This document shows positions 63,284 to 64,000 of a stretch of DNA of 64,000 nt, piece by piece. The position numbers and the translations under genes were made by a program. Under the pieces are notes generated by a model. It was given only the letters and a program-made list of their open reading frames with translations, had not been told where the DNA came from and ran no database searches. Source of the stretch: Octopus sinensis (lineage: Eukaryota). The DNA lies in NCBI RefSeq assembly GCF_006345805.1, contig NC_043001.1, positions 23,436,001 to 23,500,000 of the forward strand, read 5' to 3'. Each line of letters starts with the position of its first letter. Positions within the stretch are counted from its first letter, which is position 1.

Positions 63284-64000
63284 CTGTTTATGTAAAAGTA
63301 TATTGAGAGATCCTCAGGACATTAGAGCATTGTAAAGTCTAGTAGTTGTGAACTTGGGGGTTTTAACTGCATATTGTTTATGATGAAAAAGGATGAAGTA
63401 CAAGAATGTTACTTCATCCTCTTTGATATATGTTGTGATTGTATCTCTGTATTGCTGAAAAACAATAAGTTGTCATGACCTAGCTAAAGGCTGTTTTGAA
63501 GGCTGACTCAACTTTTTGTCACTGTTTGCCACATGGATAATTCAAGTGAAAGTAAGAAATGTGTGTAAGGCATTCATTCTTTAACCCTTTCAATACTAAC
63601 CCGGCTGAAACCGGCTCTGGTTCTGTAGTACAAGTGTCTTGTTTCCATAAGTTTTGAATTAAAATCTTCCACTAACCCTTAATCATAATTTATGTTCCTA
63701 ACACTAGCTGAATGATAACTAAGTTATTTTACTAAATTATTTGTTATATTTAAAGTAATTGAAAGAAACACAGAGCACCTCAAAATAAATGTAGTAATGA
63801 AAGGGTTAAAGTATGTCTAGGGCAGCATTTTCCAATGTGTCCTTTCCTTCCTTAAACTGGTAGGGTGTGGTTAAATTGAAATTTGGCTGATATATCCAAC
63901 ATACAGAAGCTGGCCTGACTAACATTTTATATTATTTTTGTAAAGGCGGCGAGCTGGCAGAAACATTAGCACGCCGAATGAAATGCTTAGCGGTATTTCG

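Overview
This is an AT-rich, repeat-saturated animal genomic window, most likely from an octopus/cephalopod (inferred from the SINE families and microsatellite load; not database-checked). The only host coding sequence I can support is the first coding exon of an ABCA-subfamily (ABCA3-like) transporter on the + strand (50565-50850), with a strong acceptor and a phase-1 donor. Its next exon was not found, and two CpG-enriched upstream segments are only candidate non-coding first exons. The rest is decayed or non-autonomous transposable elements: Gypsy, two mariners, hAT, Helitrons, piggyBac-type and other MITEs, R4/Dong, CR1, Tx1/L1, many RTE 3' ends, tRNA-derived SINEs and a Penelope-like (PLE) RT remnant, plus (TA)n/(TAA)n/(TCTA)n tracts and a 4 x 165 bp tandem repeat. 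Most ORF-track entries are microsatellite or antisense artefacts. The most notable signal is nine type I hammerhead-ribozyme (HHR)-like motifs from roughly seven different sequence families, about five with an intact catalytic core and most with a palindromic helix III. They sit in PLE-like terminal repeats inserted in (TA)n tracts, often as asymmetric fold-back (inverted) structures. In one copy the inverted arm resumes exactly at the predicted self-cleavage site. PLE-associated HHRs are a known class; the density, the family diversity and the junction geometry here are what deserve follow-up. All folds were read by eye and activity is untested.
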